Assembly (NCBI GenBank): GCA_964016885.1
Contig: OZ024744.1
Location: 109,616,001-109,680,000, forward strand
Length of the DNA stretch: 64,000 bases
Direction: 5' to 3'
From: Eledone cirrhosa
Taxonomy: Eukaryota
The notes under the pieces are model-generated. The model made no database searches, was not told the DNA's origin, and worked only from the letters and a program-made list of their open reading frames with translations. A program made the translations under genes and the position numbers. Below are positions 47,801-63,200 of this stretch, in pieces; position 1 is the stretch's first letter, and every line of letters starts with the position of its first letter.

Positions 47801-48570
47801 AGGGGACTAGAGAAATAATATCAGACTGAACCAATAGAGGGAACTAGAGAAATAATATCAGACTGAACCAATACAGGGAACTAGAGAAATAATATCAGAC
47901 TGAACCAATACAGGGAACTAGAGAAATAATATCAGACTGAACCAATAGAGGGAACTAGAGAAATAATATTAGACTGAACCAATACAAGGAACTAGAGAAA
48001 AAATATCAGACTGAACCAATAGAGGGAACTAGAGAAATAATATCAGACTGAACCAATACAGGGAACTAGAGAATTAATATCAGACTGAACCAATACAGGG
48101 AACTAGAGAAATAATATCAGACTGAACCAATACAGGGAACTAGAGAAATAATATCAGACTGAACCAACAGAGGGAACTAGAGAAATAATATCAGGCTGAA
48201 CCAATACAGGGAACTAGAGAAATAATATCAGACTGAACCAATACAGGGAACTAGAGAATTAATATCAGACTGAACCAATACAGGGAACTAGAGAAATAAT
48301 ATCAGACTGAACCAATACAGGGAACTAGAGAAATAATATCAGACTGAACCAATACAGGGAACTAGAGAAATAATATCAGACTGAACCAATAGAGGGAACT
48401 AGAGAAATAATATCAGACTGAACCAATACAGGGAACTAGAGAAATAATATCAGACTGAACCAATACAGGGAACTTGAGAAATAATATCAGACTGAACAAA
48501 TACAGGGAATTTGAGAAATAATATCAGACTGAACAAATACAGGGAACTTGAGAAATAATATCAGACTGAA
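44870..48570. repeat. Tandem duplication of a 50-monomer block (1,850 bp)
   Basis: TTGAGAAGTAAT 45410/47260, CTGGACCAAT 45791/47641 and GGGAATTTGAG about 46655/48505 are all 1,850 bp apart (50 x 37). Confidence 0.9.
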
Positions 48571-51559
48571 CCAATACAGGGAACTAGAGAAATAATATCA
48601 GACTGAACAAATACAGGGAACTTGAGAAATAATATCAGACTGAACCAATACAGGGAACTAGAGAAATAATATCAGATTGAACAAATACAGGGAACTTGAG
48701 AAATAATATCAGACTGAACCAATACAGGGAACTAGAGAAATAATATCAGACTGAACCAATACAGGGAACTAGAGAAATAATATCAGACTGAACCAATACA
48801 GGGAACTAGAGAAATAATATCAGACTGAACCAATACAGGGAACTAGAGAAATAATATCAGACTGAACCAATAGAGTGAACTAGAGAAATAATATCAGACT
48901 GAACCAATACAGGGAACTAGAGAAATAATATCAGACTGAACCAATACAGGGAAATAGAGAAATAATATCAGACTGAACCAATACAGGGAACTAGAGAAAT
49001 AATATCAGACTGAACCAATACAGGGAAATAGAGAAATAATATCAGACTGAACCAATACAGGGAAATAGAGAAATAATATCAGACTGAACCAATACAGGGA
49101 ACTAGAGAAATAATATCAGACTGAACCAATACAGGAAACTAGAGAAATAATATCAGACTGAACCAATAGAGGGAACTAGAGAAATAATATCAGACTGAAC
49201 CAATACAGTGAATTAGAGAAATAATATCAGACTGAACCAATAGAGGGAACTAGAGAAACAATATCAGACTGAACCAATAGAGGGAACTAGAGAAATAATA
49301 TCAGACTGAACCAATACAGTGAACTAGAGAAATAATATCAGACTGAACCAATAGAGGGAACTAGAGAAATAATATCAGACTGAACCAATAGAGGGAACTA
49401 GAGAAATAATATCAGACTGAACCAATAGAGGGAACTAGAGAAATAATATCAGACTGAACCAATACAGAGAACTAGAGAAATAATATCAGACTGAACCAAT
49501 ACAGGGAACTAGAGAAATAATATCAGACTGAACCAATACAGGGAACTAGAGAAATAATATCAGACTGAACCAATACAGGGAACTAGAGAAATAATATCAG
49601 ACTGAACCAATACAGGGAACTAGAGAAATAATATCAGACTGAACCAATACAGGGGACTAGAGAAATAATATCAGACTGAACCAATACAAGGAACTAGAGA
49701 AATAATATCAGACTGAACCAATAGAGGGAACTAGAGAAATAATATCAGACTGAACAAATACAGGGAACTAGAGAAATAATATCAGACTGAACCAATAGAG
49801 GGAACTAGAGAAATAATATCAGACTGAACCAATAGAGGGAACTAGAGAAATAATATCAGACTGAACCAATACAGGGAACTAGAGAAATAATATCAGACTG
49901 AACCAATACAGGGAACTTGAGAAATAATATCAGACTGAACAAATACAGGGAACTTGAGAAATAATATCAGACTGAACAAATACAGGGAACTTGAGAAATA
50001 ATATCAGACTGAACCAATACAGGGAACTAGAGAAATAATATCAGACTGAACAAATACAGGGAACTTGAGAAATAATATCAGACTGAACCAATACAGGGAA
50101 CTAGAGAAATAATATCAGATTGAACAAATACAGGGAACTTGAGAAATAATATCAGACTGAACCAATACAGGGAACTAGAGAAATAATATCAGACTGAACA
50201 AATACAGGGAACTTGAGAAATAATATCAGACTGAACCAATACAGGGAACTAGAGAAATAATATCAGACTGAATAAATACAGGGAACTTGAGAAATAATAT
50301 TAGACTGAACCAATAGAGGGAACTAGAGAAATAATATCAGACTGAACCAATAGAGGGAACTAGAGAAATAATATCAGACTGAACCAATACAGGGAATTAG
50401 AGAAATAATATCAGACTGAACCAATACAGGGAACTAGAGAAATAATATCAGACTGAACCAATACAGGGAAATAGAGAAATAATGTCAGACTGAACCAATA
50501 CAGGGAACTAGAGAAATAATATCAGACTGAACCAATACAGGGAAATAGAGAAATAATATCAGACTGAACCAATACAGGGAAATAGAGAAATAATATCAGA
50601 CTGAACCAATACAGGGAACTAGAGAAATAATATCAGACTGAACCAATAGAGTGAACTAGAGAAATAATATCAGACTGAACCAATACAGGGAACTAGAGAA
50701 ATAATATCAGACTGAACCAATACAGGGAAATAGAGAAATAATATCAGACTGAACCAATACAGGGAACTAGAGAAATAATATCAGACTGAACCAATACAGG
50801 GAAATAGAGAAATAATATCAGACTGAACCAATACAGGGAAATAGAGAAATAATATCAGACTGAACCAATACAGGGAACTAGAGAAATAATATCAGACTGA
50901 ACCAATACAGGAAACTAGAGAAATAATATCAGACTGAACCAATAGAGGGAACTAGAGAAATAATATCAGACTGAACCAATACAGTGAATTAGAGAAATAA
51001 TATCAGACTGAACCAATAGAGGGAACTAGAGAAACAATATCAGACTGAACCAATAGAGGGAACTAGAGAAATAATATCAGACTGAACCAATACAGTGAAC
51101 TAGAGAAATAATATCAGACTGAACCAATAGAGGGAACTAGAGAAATAATATCAGACTGAACCAATAGAGGGAACTAGAGAAATAATATCAGACTGAACCA
51201 ATAGAGGGAACTAGAGAAATAATATCAGACTGAACCAATACAGAGAACTAGAGAAATAATATCAGACTGAACCAATACAGGGAACTAGAGAAATAATATC
51301 AGACTGAACCAATACAGGGAACTAGAGAAATAATATCAGACTGAACCAATACAGGGAACTAGAGAAATAATATCAGACTGAACCAATACAGGGAAATAGA
51401 GAAATAATGTCAGACTGAACCAATACAGGGAACTAGAGAAATAATATCAGACTGAACCAATACAGGGAAATAGAGAAATAATATCAGACTGAACCAATAC
51501 AGGGAACTAGAGAAATAATATCAGACTGAACCAATACAGGGAACTAGAGAAATAATATC

Positions 51560-54500
51560 AGACTGAACCAATAGAGTGAACTAGAGAAATAATATCAGAC
51601 TGAACCAATACAGGGAACTAGAGAAATAATATCAGACTGAACCAATACAGGGAAATAGAGAAATAATATCAGACTGAACCAATACAGGGAACTAGAGAAA
51701 TAATATCAGACTGAACCAATACAGGGAAATAGAGAAATAATATCAGACTGAACCAATACAGGGAAATAGAGAAATAATATCAGACTGAACCAATACAGGG
51801 AACTAGAGAAATAATATCAGACTGAACCAATACAGGAAACTAGAGAAATAATATCAGACTGAACCAATAGAGGGAACTAGAGAAATAATATCAGACTGAA
51901 CCAATACAGTGAATTAGAGAAATAATATCAGACTGAACCAATAGAGGGAACTAGAGAAACAATATCAGACTGAACCAATAAGAGGGAACTAGAGAAATAA
52001 TATCAGACTGAACCAATACAGTGAACTAGAGAAATAATATCAGACTGAACCAATAGAGGGAACTAGAGAAATAATATCAGACTGAACCAATAGAGGGAAC
52101 TAGAGAAATAATATCAGACTGAACCAATAGAGGGAACTAGAGAAATAATATCAGACTGAACCAATACAGAGAACTAGAGAAATAATATCAGACTGAACCA
52201 ATACAGGGAACTAGAGAAATAATATCAGACTGAACCAATACAGGGAACTAGAGAAATAATATCAGACTGAACCAATACAGGGAACTAGAGAAATAATATC
52301 AGACTGAACCAATACAGGGAACTAGAGAAATAATATCAGACTGAACCAATACAGGGGACTAGAGAAATAATATCAGACTGAACCAATACAAGGAACTAGA
52401 GAAATAATATCAGACTGAACCAATAGAGGGAACTAGAGAAATAATATCAGACTGAACAAATACAGGGAACTAGAGAAATAATATCAGACTGAACCAATAG
52501 AGGGAACTAGAGAAATAATATCAGACTGAACCAATAGAGGGAACTAGAGAAATAATATCAGACTGAACCAATACAGGGAACTAGAGAAATAATATCAGAC
52601 TGAACCAATACAGGGAACTTGAGAAATAATATCAGACTGAACAAATACAGGGAACTTGAGAAATAATATCAGACTGAACAAATACAGGGAACTTGAGAAA
52701 TAATATCAGACTGAACCAATACAGGGAACTAGAGAAATAATATCAGACTGAACAAATACAGGGAACTTGAGAAATAATATCAGACTGAACCAATACAGGG
52801 AACTAGAGAAATAATATCAGATTGAACAAATACAGGGAACTTGAGAAATAATATCAGACTGAACCAATACAGGGAACTAGAGAAATAATATCAGACTGAA
52901 CAAATACAGGGAACTTGAGAAATAATATCAGACTGAACCAATACAGGGAACTAGAGAAATAATATCAGACTGAATAAATACAGGGAACTTGAGAAATAAT
53001 ATTAGACTGAACCAATAGAGGGAACTAGAGAAATAATATCAGACTGAACCAATAGAGGGAACTAGAGAAATAATATCAGACTGAACCAATACAGGGAACT
53101 AGAGAAATAATATCAGACTGAACCAATACAGGGAACTAGAGAAATAATATCAGACTGAACCAATACAGGGAAATAGAGAAATAATGTCAGACTGAACCAA
53201 TACAGGGAACTAGAGAAATAATATCAGACTGAACCAATACAGGGAAATAGAGAAATAATATCAGACTGAACCAATACAGGGAAATAGAGAAATAATATCA
53301 GACTGAACCAATACAGGGAACTAGAGAAATAATATCAGACTGAACCAATACAGGAAACTAGAGAAATAATATTAGACTGAACCAATAGAGGGAACTAGAG
53401 AAATAATATCAGACTGAACCAATACAGTGAATTAGAGAAATAATATCAGACTGAACCAATAGAGGGAACTAGAGAAATAATATCAGACTGAACCAATAGA
53501 GGGAACTAGAGAAATAATATCAGACTGAACCAATACAGTGAACTAGAGAAATAATATCAGACTGAACCAATAGAGGGAACTAGAGAAATAATATCAGACT
53601 GAACCAATAGAGGGAACTAGAGAAATAATATCAGACTGAACCAATACAGGGAACTAGAGAAATAATATCAGACTGAACCAATACAGAGAACTAGAGAAAT
53701 AATATCAGACTGAACCAATACAGGGAACTAGAGAAATAATATCAGACTGAACCAATACAGGGAACTAGAGAAATAATATCAGACTGAACCAATACAGGGA
53801 ACTAGAGAAATAATATCAGACTGAACCAATACAGGGAACTAGAGAAATAATATCAGACTGAACCAATACAGGGGACTAGAGAAATAATATCAGACTGAAC
53901 CAATACAGGGAACTAGAGAAATAATATCAGACTGAACCAATACAGGGAACTAGAGAATTAATATCAGACTGAACCAATACAGGGAACTAGAGAAATAATA
54001 TCAGACTGAACCAATACAGGGAACTTGAGAAATAATATCAGACTGAACCAATACAGGGAACTAGAGAAATAATATCAGACTGAACAAATACAGGGAACTT
54101 GAGAAATAATATCAGACTGAACCAATACAGGGAACTAGAGAAATAATATCAGACTGAACAAATACAGGGAACTTGAGAAATAATATCAGACTGAACCAAT
54201 ACAGGGAACTAGAGAAATAATATCAGACTGAACAAATACAGGGAACTTGAGAAATAATATCAGACTGAACCAATACAGGGAACTAGAGAAATAATATCAG
54301 ACTGAACAAATACAGGGAACTAGAGAAATAATATCAGACTGAACAAATACAGGGAACTTGAGAAATAATATCAGACTGAACCAATACAGGGAACTAGAGA
54401 AATAATATCAGACTGAACAAATACAGGGAACTTGAGAAATAATATCAGACTGAACCAATACAGGGAACTAGAGAAATAATATCAGACTGAACAAATACAG

Positions 54501-57280
54501 GGAACTAGAGAAATAATATCAGACTGAACCAATAGAGTGAACTAGAGAAATAATATCAGACTGAACCAATACAGGGAACTAGAGAAATAATATCAGACTG
54601 AACCAATACAGGGAAATAGAGAAATAATATCAGACTGAACCAATACAGGGAACTAGAGAAATAATATCAGACTGAACCAATACAGGGAAATAGAGAAATA
54701 ATATCAGACTGAACCAATACAGGGAAATAGAGAAATAATATCAGACTGAACCAATACAGGGAACTAGAGAAATAATATCAGACTGAACCAATACAGGAAA
54801 CTAGAGAAATAATATCAGACTGAACCAATAGAGGGAACTAGAGAAATAATATCAGACTGAACCAATACAGTGAATTAGAGAAATAATATCAGACTGAACC
54901 AATAGAGGGAACTAGAGAAACAATATCAGACTGAACCAATAAGAGGGAACTAGAGAAATAATATCAGACTGAACCAATACAGTGAACTAGAGAAATAATA
55001 TCAGACTGAACCAATAGAGGGAACTAGAGAAATAATATCAGACTGAACCAATAGAGGGAACTAGAGAAATAATATCAGACTGAACCAATAGAGGGAACTA
55101 GAGAAATAATATCAGACTGAACCAATACAGAGAACTAGAGAAATAATATCAGACTGAACCAATACAGGGAACTAGAGAAATAATATCAGACTGAACCAAT
55201 ACAGGGAACTAGAGAAATAATATCAGACTGAACCAATACAGGGAACTAGAGAAATAATATCAGACTGAACCAATACAGGGAACTAGAGAAATAATATCAG
55301 ACTGAACCAATACAGGGGACTAGAGAAATAATATCAGACTGAACCAATACAAGGAACTAGAGAAATAATATCAGACTGAACCAATAGAGGGAACTAGAGA
55401 AATAATATCAGACTGAACAAATACAGGGAACTAGAGAAATAATATCAGACTGAACCAATAGAGGGAACTAGAGAAATAATATCAGACTGAACCAATAGAG
55501 GGAACTAGAGAAATAATATCAGACTGAACCAATACAGGGAACTAGAGAAATAATATCAGACTGAACCAATACAGGGAACTTGAGAAATAATATCAGACTG
55601 AACAAATACAGGGAACTTGAGAAATAATATCAGACTGAACAAATACAGGGAACTTGAGAAATAATATCAGACTGAACCAATACAGGGAACTAGAGAAATA
55701 ATATCAGACTGAACAAATACAGGGAACTTGAGAAATAATATCAGACTGAACCAATACAGGGAACTAGAGAAATAATATCAGATTGAACAAATACAGGGAA
55801 CTTGAGAAATAATATCAGACTGAACCAATACAGGGAACTAGAGAAATAATATCAGACTGAACAAATACAGGGAACTTGAGAAATAATATCAGACTGAACC
55901 AATACAGGGAACTAGAGAAATAATATCAGACTGAATAAATACAGGGAACTTGAGAAATAATATTAGACTGAACCAATAGAGGGAACTAGAGAAATAATAT
56001 CAGACTGAACCAATAGAGGGAACTAGAGAAATAATATCAGACTGAACCAATACAGGGAACTAGAGAAATAATATCAGACTGAACCAATACAGGGAACTAG
56101 AGAAATAATATCAGACTGAACCAATACAGGGAAATAGAGAAATAATGTCAGACTGAACCAATACAGGGAACTAGAGAAATAATATCAGACTGAACCAATA
56201 CAGGGAAATAGAGAAATAATATCAGACTGAACCAATACAGGGAAATAGAGAAATAATATCAGACTGAACCAATACAGGGAACTAGAGAAATAATATCAGA
56301 CTGAACCAATACAGGAAACTAGAGAAATAATATTAGACTGAACCAATAGAGGGAACTAGAGAAATAATATCAGACTGAACCAATACAGTGAATTAGAGAA
56401 ATAATATCAGACTGAACCAATAGAGGGAACTAGAGAAATAATATCAGACTGAACCAATAGAGGGAACTAGAGAAATAATATCAGACTGAACCAATACAGT
56501 GAACTAGAGAAATAATATCAGACTGAACCAATAGAGGGAACTAGAGAAATAATATCAGACTGAACCAATAGAGGGAACTAGAGAAATAATATCAGACTGA
56601 ACCAATACAGGGAACTAGAGAAATAATATCAGACTGAACCAATACAGAGAACTAGAGAAATAATATCAGACTGAACCAATACAGGGAACTAGAGAAATAA
56701 TATCAGACTGAACCAATACAGGGAACTAGAGAAATAATATCAGACTGAACCAATACAGGGAACTAGAGAAATAATATCAGACTGAACCAATACAGGGAAC
56801 TAGAGAAATAATATCAGACTGAACCAATACAGGGGACTAGAGAAATAATATCAGACTGAACCAATACAGGGAACTAGAGAAATAATATCAGACTGAACCA
56901 ATACAGGGAACTAGAGAATTAATATCAGACTGAACCAATACAGGGAACTAGAGAAATAATATCAGACTGAACCAATACAGGGAACTTGAGAAATAATATC
57001 AGACTGAACCAATACAGGGAACTAGAGAAATAATATCAGACTGAACAAATACAGGGAACTTGAGAAATAATATCAGACTGAACCAATACAGGGAACTAGA
57101 GAAATAATATCAGACTGAACAAATACAGGGAACTTGAGAAATAATATCAGACTGAACCAATACAGGGAACTAGAGAAATAATATCAGACTGAACAAATAC
57201 AGGGAACTTGAGAAATAATATCAGACTGAACCAATACAGGGAACTAGAGAAATAATATCAGACTGAACAAATACAGGGAA
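51560..57280. repeat. Tandem duplication of an 80-monomer block including one 38-bp monomer (2,961 bp)
   Basis: ATAGAGTGAA 51571/54532, GAAACAAT 51960/54921 and GAATAAAT 52975/55936 are 2,961 bp apart (80 x 37 + 1). Both copies carry the CCAATAAGAGGG insertion. Confidence 0.9.
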
Positions 57281-60200
57281 CTTGAGAAATAATATCAGAC
57301 TGAACCAATAGAGGGAACTAGAGAAATAATATCAGACTGAACCAATACAGGGAACTAGAGAAATAATATCAGACTGAACCAATACAGGGAACTAGAGAAA
57401 TAATATCAGACTGAACCAATACAGGGAACTAGAGAAATAATATCAGACTGAACCAATACAGGGAACTAGAGAAATAATATCAGACTGAACCAATACAGGG
57501 AACTAGAGAAATAATATCAGACTGAACCAATACAGGGAACTAGAGAAATAATATCAGACTGAACCAATAGAGGGAACTAGAGAAATAATATCAGACTGAA
57601 CCAATACAGGGAACTAGAGAAATAATATCAGACTGAACCAATACAGGGAAATAGAGAAATAATATCAGACTGAACCAATACAGGGAACTAGAGAAATAAT
57701 ATCAGACTGAACCAACACAGGGAAATAGAGAAATAATATCAGACTGAACCAATACAGGAAACTAGAGAAATAATATCAGACTGAACCAATAGAGGGAATT
57801 AGAGAAATAATATCAGACTGAACCAATAGAGAGAACTAGAGAAATAATATCAGACTGAACCAATAGAGGGAACTAGAGAAATAATATCAGACTGAACCAA
57901 TACAGTGAACTAGAGAAATAATATCAGACTGAACCAATAGAGGGAACTAGAGAAATAATATCAGACTGAACCAATACAGGGAACTAGAGAAATAATATCA
58001 GACTGAACCAATAGAGGGAACTAGAGAAATAATATCAGACTGAACCAATACAGGGAACTTGAGAAATAATATCAGACTGAACCAATACAGGGAACTAGAG
58101 AAATAATATCAGACTGAACAAATACAGGGAACTTGAGAAATAATATCAGACTGAACCAATACAGGGAACTAGAGAAATAATATCAGACTGAACAAATACA
58201 GGGAACTTGAGAAATAATATCAGACTGAACCAATACAGGGAACTAGAGAAATAATATCAGACTGAACAAATACAGGGAACTTGAGAAATAATATCAGACT
58301 GAACCAATACAGGGAACTAGAGAAATAATATCAGACTGAACAAATACAGGGAACTTGAGAAATAATATCAGACTGAACCAATAGAGGGAACTAGAGAAAT
58401 AATATCAGACTGAACCAATACAGGGAACTAGAGAAATAATATCAGACTGAACCAATACAGGGAACTAGAGAAATAATATCAGACTGAACCAATACAGGGA
58501 ACTAGAGAAATAATATCAGACTGAACCAATACAGGGAACTAGAGAAATAATATCAGACTGAACCAATACAGGGAACTAGAGAAATAATATCAGACTGAAC
58601 CAATACAGGGAACTAGAGAAATAATTTCAGACTGAACCAATAGAGGGAACTAGAGAAATAATATCAGACTGAACCAATACAGGGAACTAGAGAAATAATA
58701 TCAGACTGAACCAATACAGGGAAATAGAGAAATAATATCAGACTGAACCAATACAGGGAACTAGAGAAATAATATCAGACTGAACCAACACAGGGAAATA
58801 GAGAAATAATATCAGACTGAACCAATACAGGAAACTAGAGAAATAATATCAGACTGAACCAATAGAGGGAATTAGAGAAATAATATCAGACTGAACCAAT
58901 AGAGAGAACTAGAGAAATAATATCAGACTGAACCAATAGAGGGAACTAGAGAAATAATATCAGACTGAACCAATACAGTGAACTAGAGAAATAATATCAG
59001 ACTGAACCAATAGAGGGAACTAGAGAAATAATATCAGACTGAACCAATAGAGGGAACTAGAGAAATAATATCAGACTGAACCAATAGAGGGAACTAGAGA
59101 AATAATATCAGACTGCACAAATACAGGGAACTAGAGAAATAATATCAGACTGAACCAATAGAGGGAACTAGAGAAATAATATCAGACTGAACCAATAGAG
59201 GGAACTATAGAAATAATATCAGACTGAACCAATACAGGGAACTAGAGAAATAATATCAGACTGCACAAATACAGGGAACTAGAGAAATAATATCAGACTG
59301 AACCAATACAGGGAACTAGAGAAGTAATATCAGACTGAACCAATACAGGGAACTAGAGAAATAATATCAGACTGAACCAATAGAGGGAACTAGAGAAATA
59401 ATATCAGACTGAACCAATACAGGGAAATTAAGAAATAATATCAGACTGAACCAATACAGTGAACTAGAGAAATAATATCAGACTGAACCAATAGAGGGAA
59501 CTAGAGAAATAATATCAGACTGAACCAATAGAGGGAACTAGAGAAATAATATCAGACTGAACCAATACAGGGAACTAGAGAAATAATATCAGACTGAACC
59601 AATACAGAGAACTAGAGAAATAATATCAGACTGAACCAATACAGGGAACTAGAGAAATAATATCAGACTGAACCAATACAGGGAACTAGAGAAATAATAT
59701 CAGACTGAACCAATACAGGGAACTAGAGAAATAATATCAGACTGAACCAATACAGGGAACTAGAGAAATAATATCAGACTGAACCAATACAGGGGACTAG
59801 AGAAATAATATCAGACTGAACCAATACAGGGAACTAGAGAAATAATATCAGACTGAACCAATACAGGGAACTAGAGAATTAATATCAGACTGAACCAATA
59901 CAGGGAACTAGAGAAATAATATCAGACTGAACCAATACAGGGAACTTGAGAAATAATATCAGACTGAACCAATACAGGGAACTAGAGAAATAATATCAGA
60001 CTGAACAAATACAGGGAACTTGAGAAATAATATCAGACTGAACCAATACAGGGAACTAGAGAAATAATATCAGACTGAACAAATACAGGGAACTTGAGAA
60101 ATAATATCAGACTGAACCAATACAGGGAACTAGAGAAATAATATCAGACTGAACAAATACAGGGAACTTGAGAAATAATATCAGACTGAACCAATACAGG

Positions 60201-63200
60201 GAACTAGAGAAATAATATCAGACTGAACAAATACAGGGAACTAGAGAAATAATATCAGACTGAACAAATACAGGGAACTTGAGAAATAATATCAGACTGA
60301 ACCAATACAGGGAACTAGAGAAATAATATCAGACTGAACAAATACAGGGAACTTGAGAAATAATATCAGACTGAACCAATACAGGGAACTAGAGAAATAA
60401 TATCAGACTGAACAAATACAGGGAACTAGAGAAATAATATCAGACTGAACCAATAGAGTGAACTAGAGAAATAATATCAGACTGAACCAATACAGGGAAC
60501 TAGAGAAATAATATCAGACTGAACCAATACAGGGAAATAGAGAAATAATATCAGACTGAACCAATACAGGGAACTAGAGAAATAATATCAGACTGAACCA
60601 ATACAGGGAAATAGAGAAATAATATCAGACTGAACCAATACAGGGAAATAGAGAAATAATATCAGACTGAACCAATACAGGGAACTAGAGAAATAATATC
60701 AGACTGAACCAATACAGGAAACTAGAGAAATAATATCAGACTGAACCAATAGAGGGAACTAGAGAAATAATATCAGACTGAACCAATACAGTGAATTAGA
60801 GAAATAATATCAGACTGAACCAATAGAGGGAACTAGAGAAACAATATCAGACTGAACCAATAAGAGGGAACTAGAGAAATAATATCAGACTGAACCAATA
60901 CAGTGAACTAGAGAAATAATATCAGACTGAACCAATAGAGGGAACTAGAGAAATAATATCAGACTGAACCAATAGAGGGAACTAGAGAAATAATATCAGA
61001 CTGAACCAATAGAGGGAACTAGAGAAATAATATCAGACTGAACCAATACAGAGAACTAGAGAAATAATATCAGACTGAACCAATACAGGGAACTAGAGAA
61101 ATAATATCAGACTGAACCAATACAGGGAACTAGAGAAATAATATCAGACTGAACCAATACAGGGAACTAGAGAAATAATATCAGACTGAACCAATACAGG
61201 GAACTAGAGAAATAATATCAGACTGAACCAATACAGGGGACTAGAGAAATAATATCAGACTGAACCAATACAAGGAACTAGAGAAATAATATCAGACTGA
61301 ACCAATAGAGGGAACTAGAGAAATAATATCAGACTGAACAAATACAGGGAACTAGAGAAATAATATCAGACTGAACCAATAGAGGGAACTAGAGAAATAA
61401 TATCAGACTGAACCAATAGAGGGAACTAGAGAAATAATATCAGACTGAACCAATACAGGGAACTAGAGAAATAATATCAGACTGAACCAATACAGGGAAC
61501 TTGAGAAATAATATCAGACTGAACAAATACAGGGAACTTGAGAAATAATATCAGACTGAACAAATACAGGGAACTTGAGAAATAATATCAGACTGAACCA
61601 ATACAGGGAACTAGAGAAATAATATCAGACTGAACAAATACAGGGAACTTGAGAAATAATATCAGACTGAACCAATACAGGGAACTAGAGAAATAATATC
61701 AGATTGAACAAATACAGGGAACTTGAGAAATAATATCAGACTGAACCAATACAGGGAACTAGAGAAATAATATCAGACTGAACAAATACAGGGAACTTGA
61801 GAAATAATATCAGACTGAACCAATACAGGGAACTAGAGAAATAATATCAGACTGAATAAATACAGGGAACTTGAGAAATAATATTAGACTGAACCAATAG
61901 AGGGAACTAGAGAAATAATATCAGACTGAACCAATAGAGGGAACTAGAGAAATAATATCAGACTGAACCAATACAGGGAACTAGAGAAATAATATCAGAC
62001 TGAACCAATACAGGGAACTAGAGAAATAATATCAGACTGAACCAATACAGGGAAATAGAGAAATAATGTCAGACTGAACCAATACAGGGAACTAGAGAAA
62101 TAATATCAGACTGAACCAATACAGGGAAATAGAGAAATAATATCAGACTGAACCAATACAGGGAAATAGAGAAATAATATCAGACTGAACCAATACAGGG
62201 AACTAGAGAAATAATATCAGACTGAACCAATACAGGAAACTAGAGAAATAATATTAGACTGAACCAATAGAGGGAACTAGAGAAATAATATCAGACTGAA
62301 CCAATACAGTGAATTAGAGAAATAATATCAGACTGAACCAATAGAGGGAACTAGAGAAATAATATCAGACTGAACCAATAGAGGGAACTAGAGAAATAAT
62401 ATCAGACTGAACCAATACAGTGAACTAGAGAAATAATATCAGACTGAACCAATAGAGGGAACTAGAGAAATAATATCAGACTGAACCAATAGAGGGAACT
62501 AGAGAAATAATATCAGACTGAACCAATACAGGGAACTAGAGAAATAATATCAGACTGAACCAATACAGAGAACTAGAGAAATAATATCAGACTGAACCAA
62601 TACAGGGAACTAGAGAAATAATATCAGACTGAACCAATACAGGGAACTAGAGAAATAATATCAGACTGAACCAATACAGGGAACTAGAGAAATAATATCA
62701 GACTGAACCAATACAGGGAACTAGAGAAATAATATCAGACTGAACCAATACAGGGGACTAGAGAAATAATATCAGACTGAACCAATACAGGGAACTAGAG
62801 AAATAATATCAGACTGAACCAATACAGGGAACTAGAGAATTAATATCAGACTGAACCAATACAGGGAACTAGAGAAATAATATCAGACTGAACCAATACA
62901 GGGAACTTGAGAAATAATATCAGACTGAACCAATACAGGGAACTAGAGAAATAATATCAGACTGAACAAATACAGGGAACTTGAGAAATAATATCAGACT
63001 GAACCAATACAGGGAACTAGAGAAATAATATCAGACTGAACAAATACAGGGAACTTGAGAAATAATATCAGACTGAACCAATACAGGGAACTAGAGAAAT
63101 AATATCAGACTGAACAAATACAGGGAACTTGAGAAATAATATCAGACTGAACCAATACAGGGAACTAGAGAAATAATATCAGACTGAACAAATACAGGGA

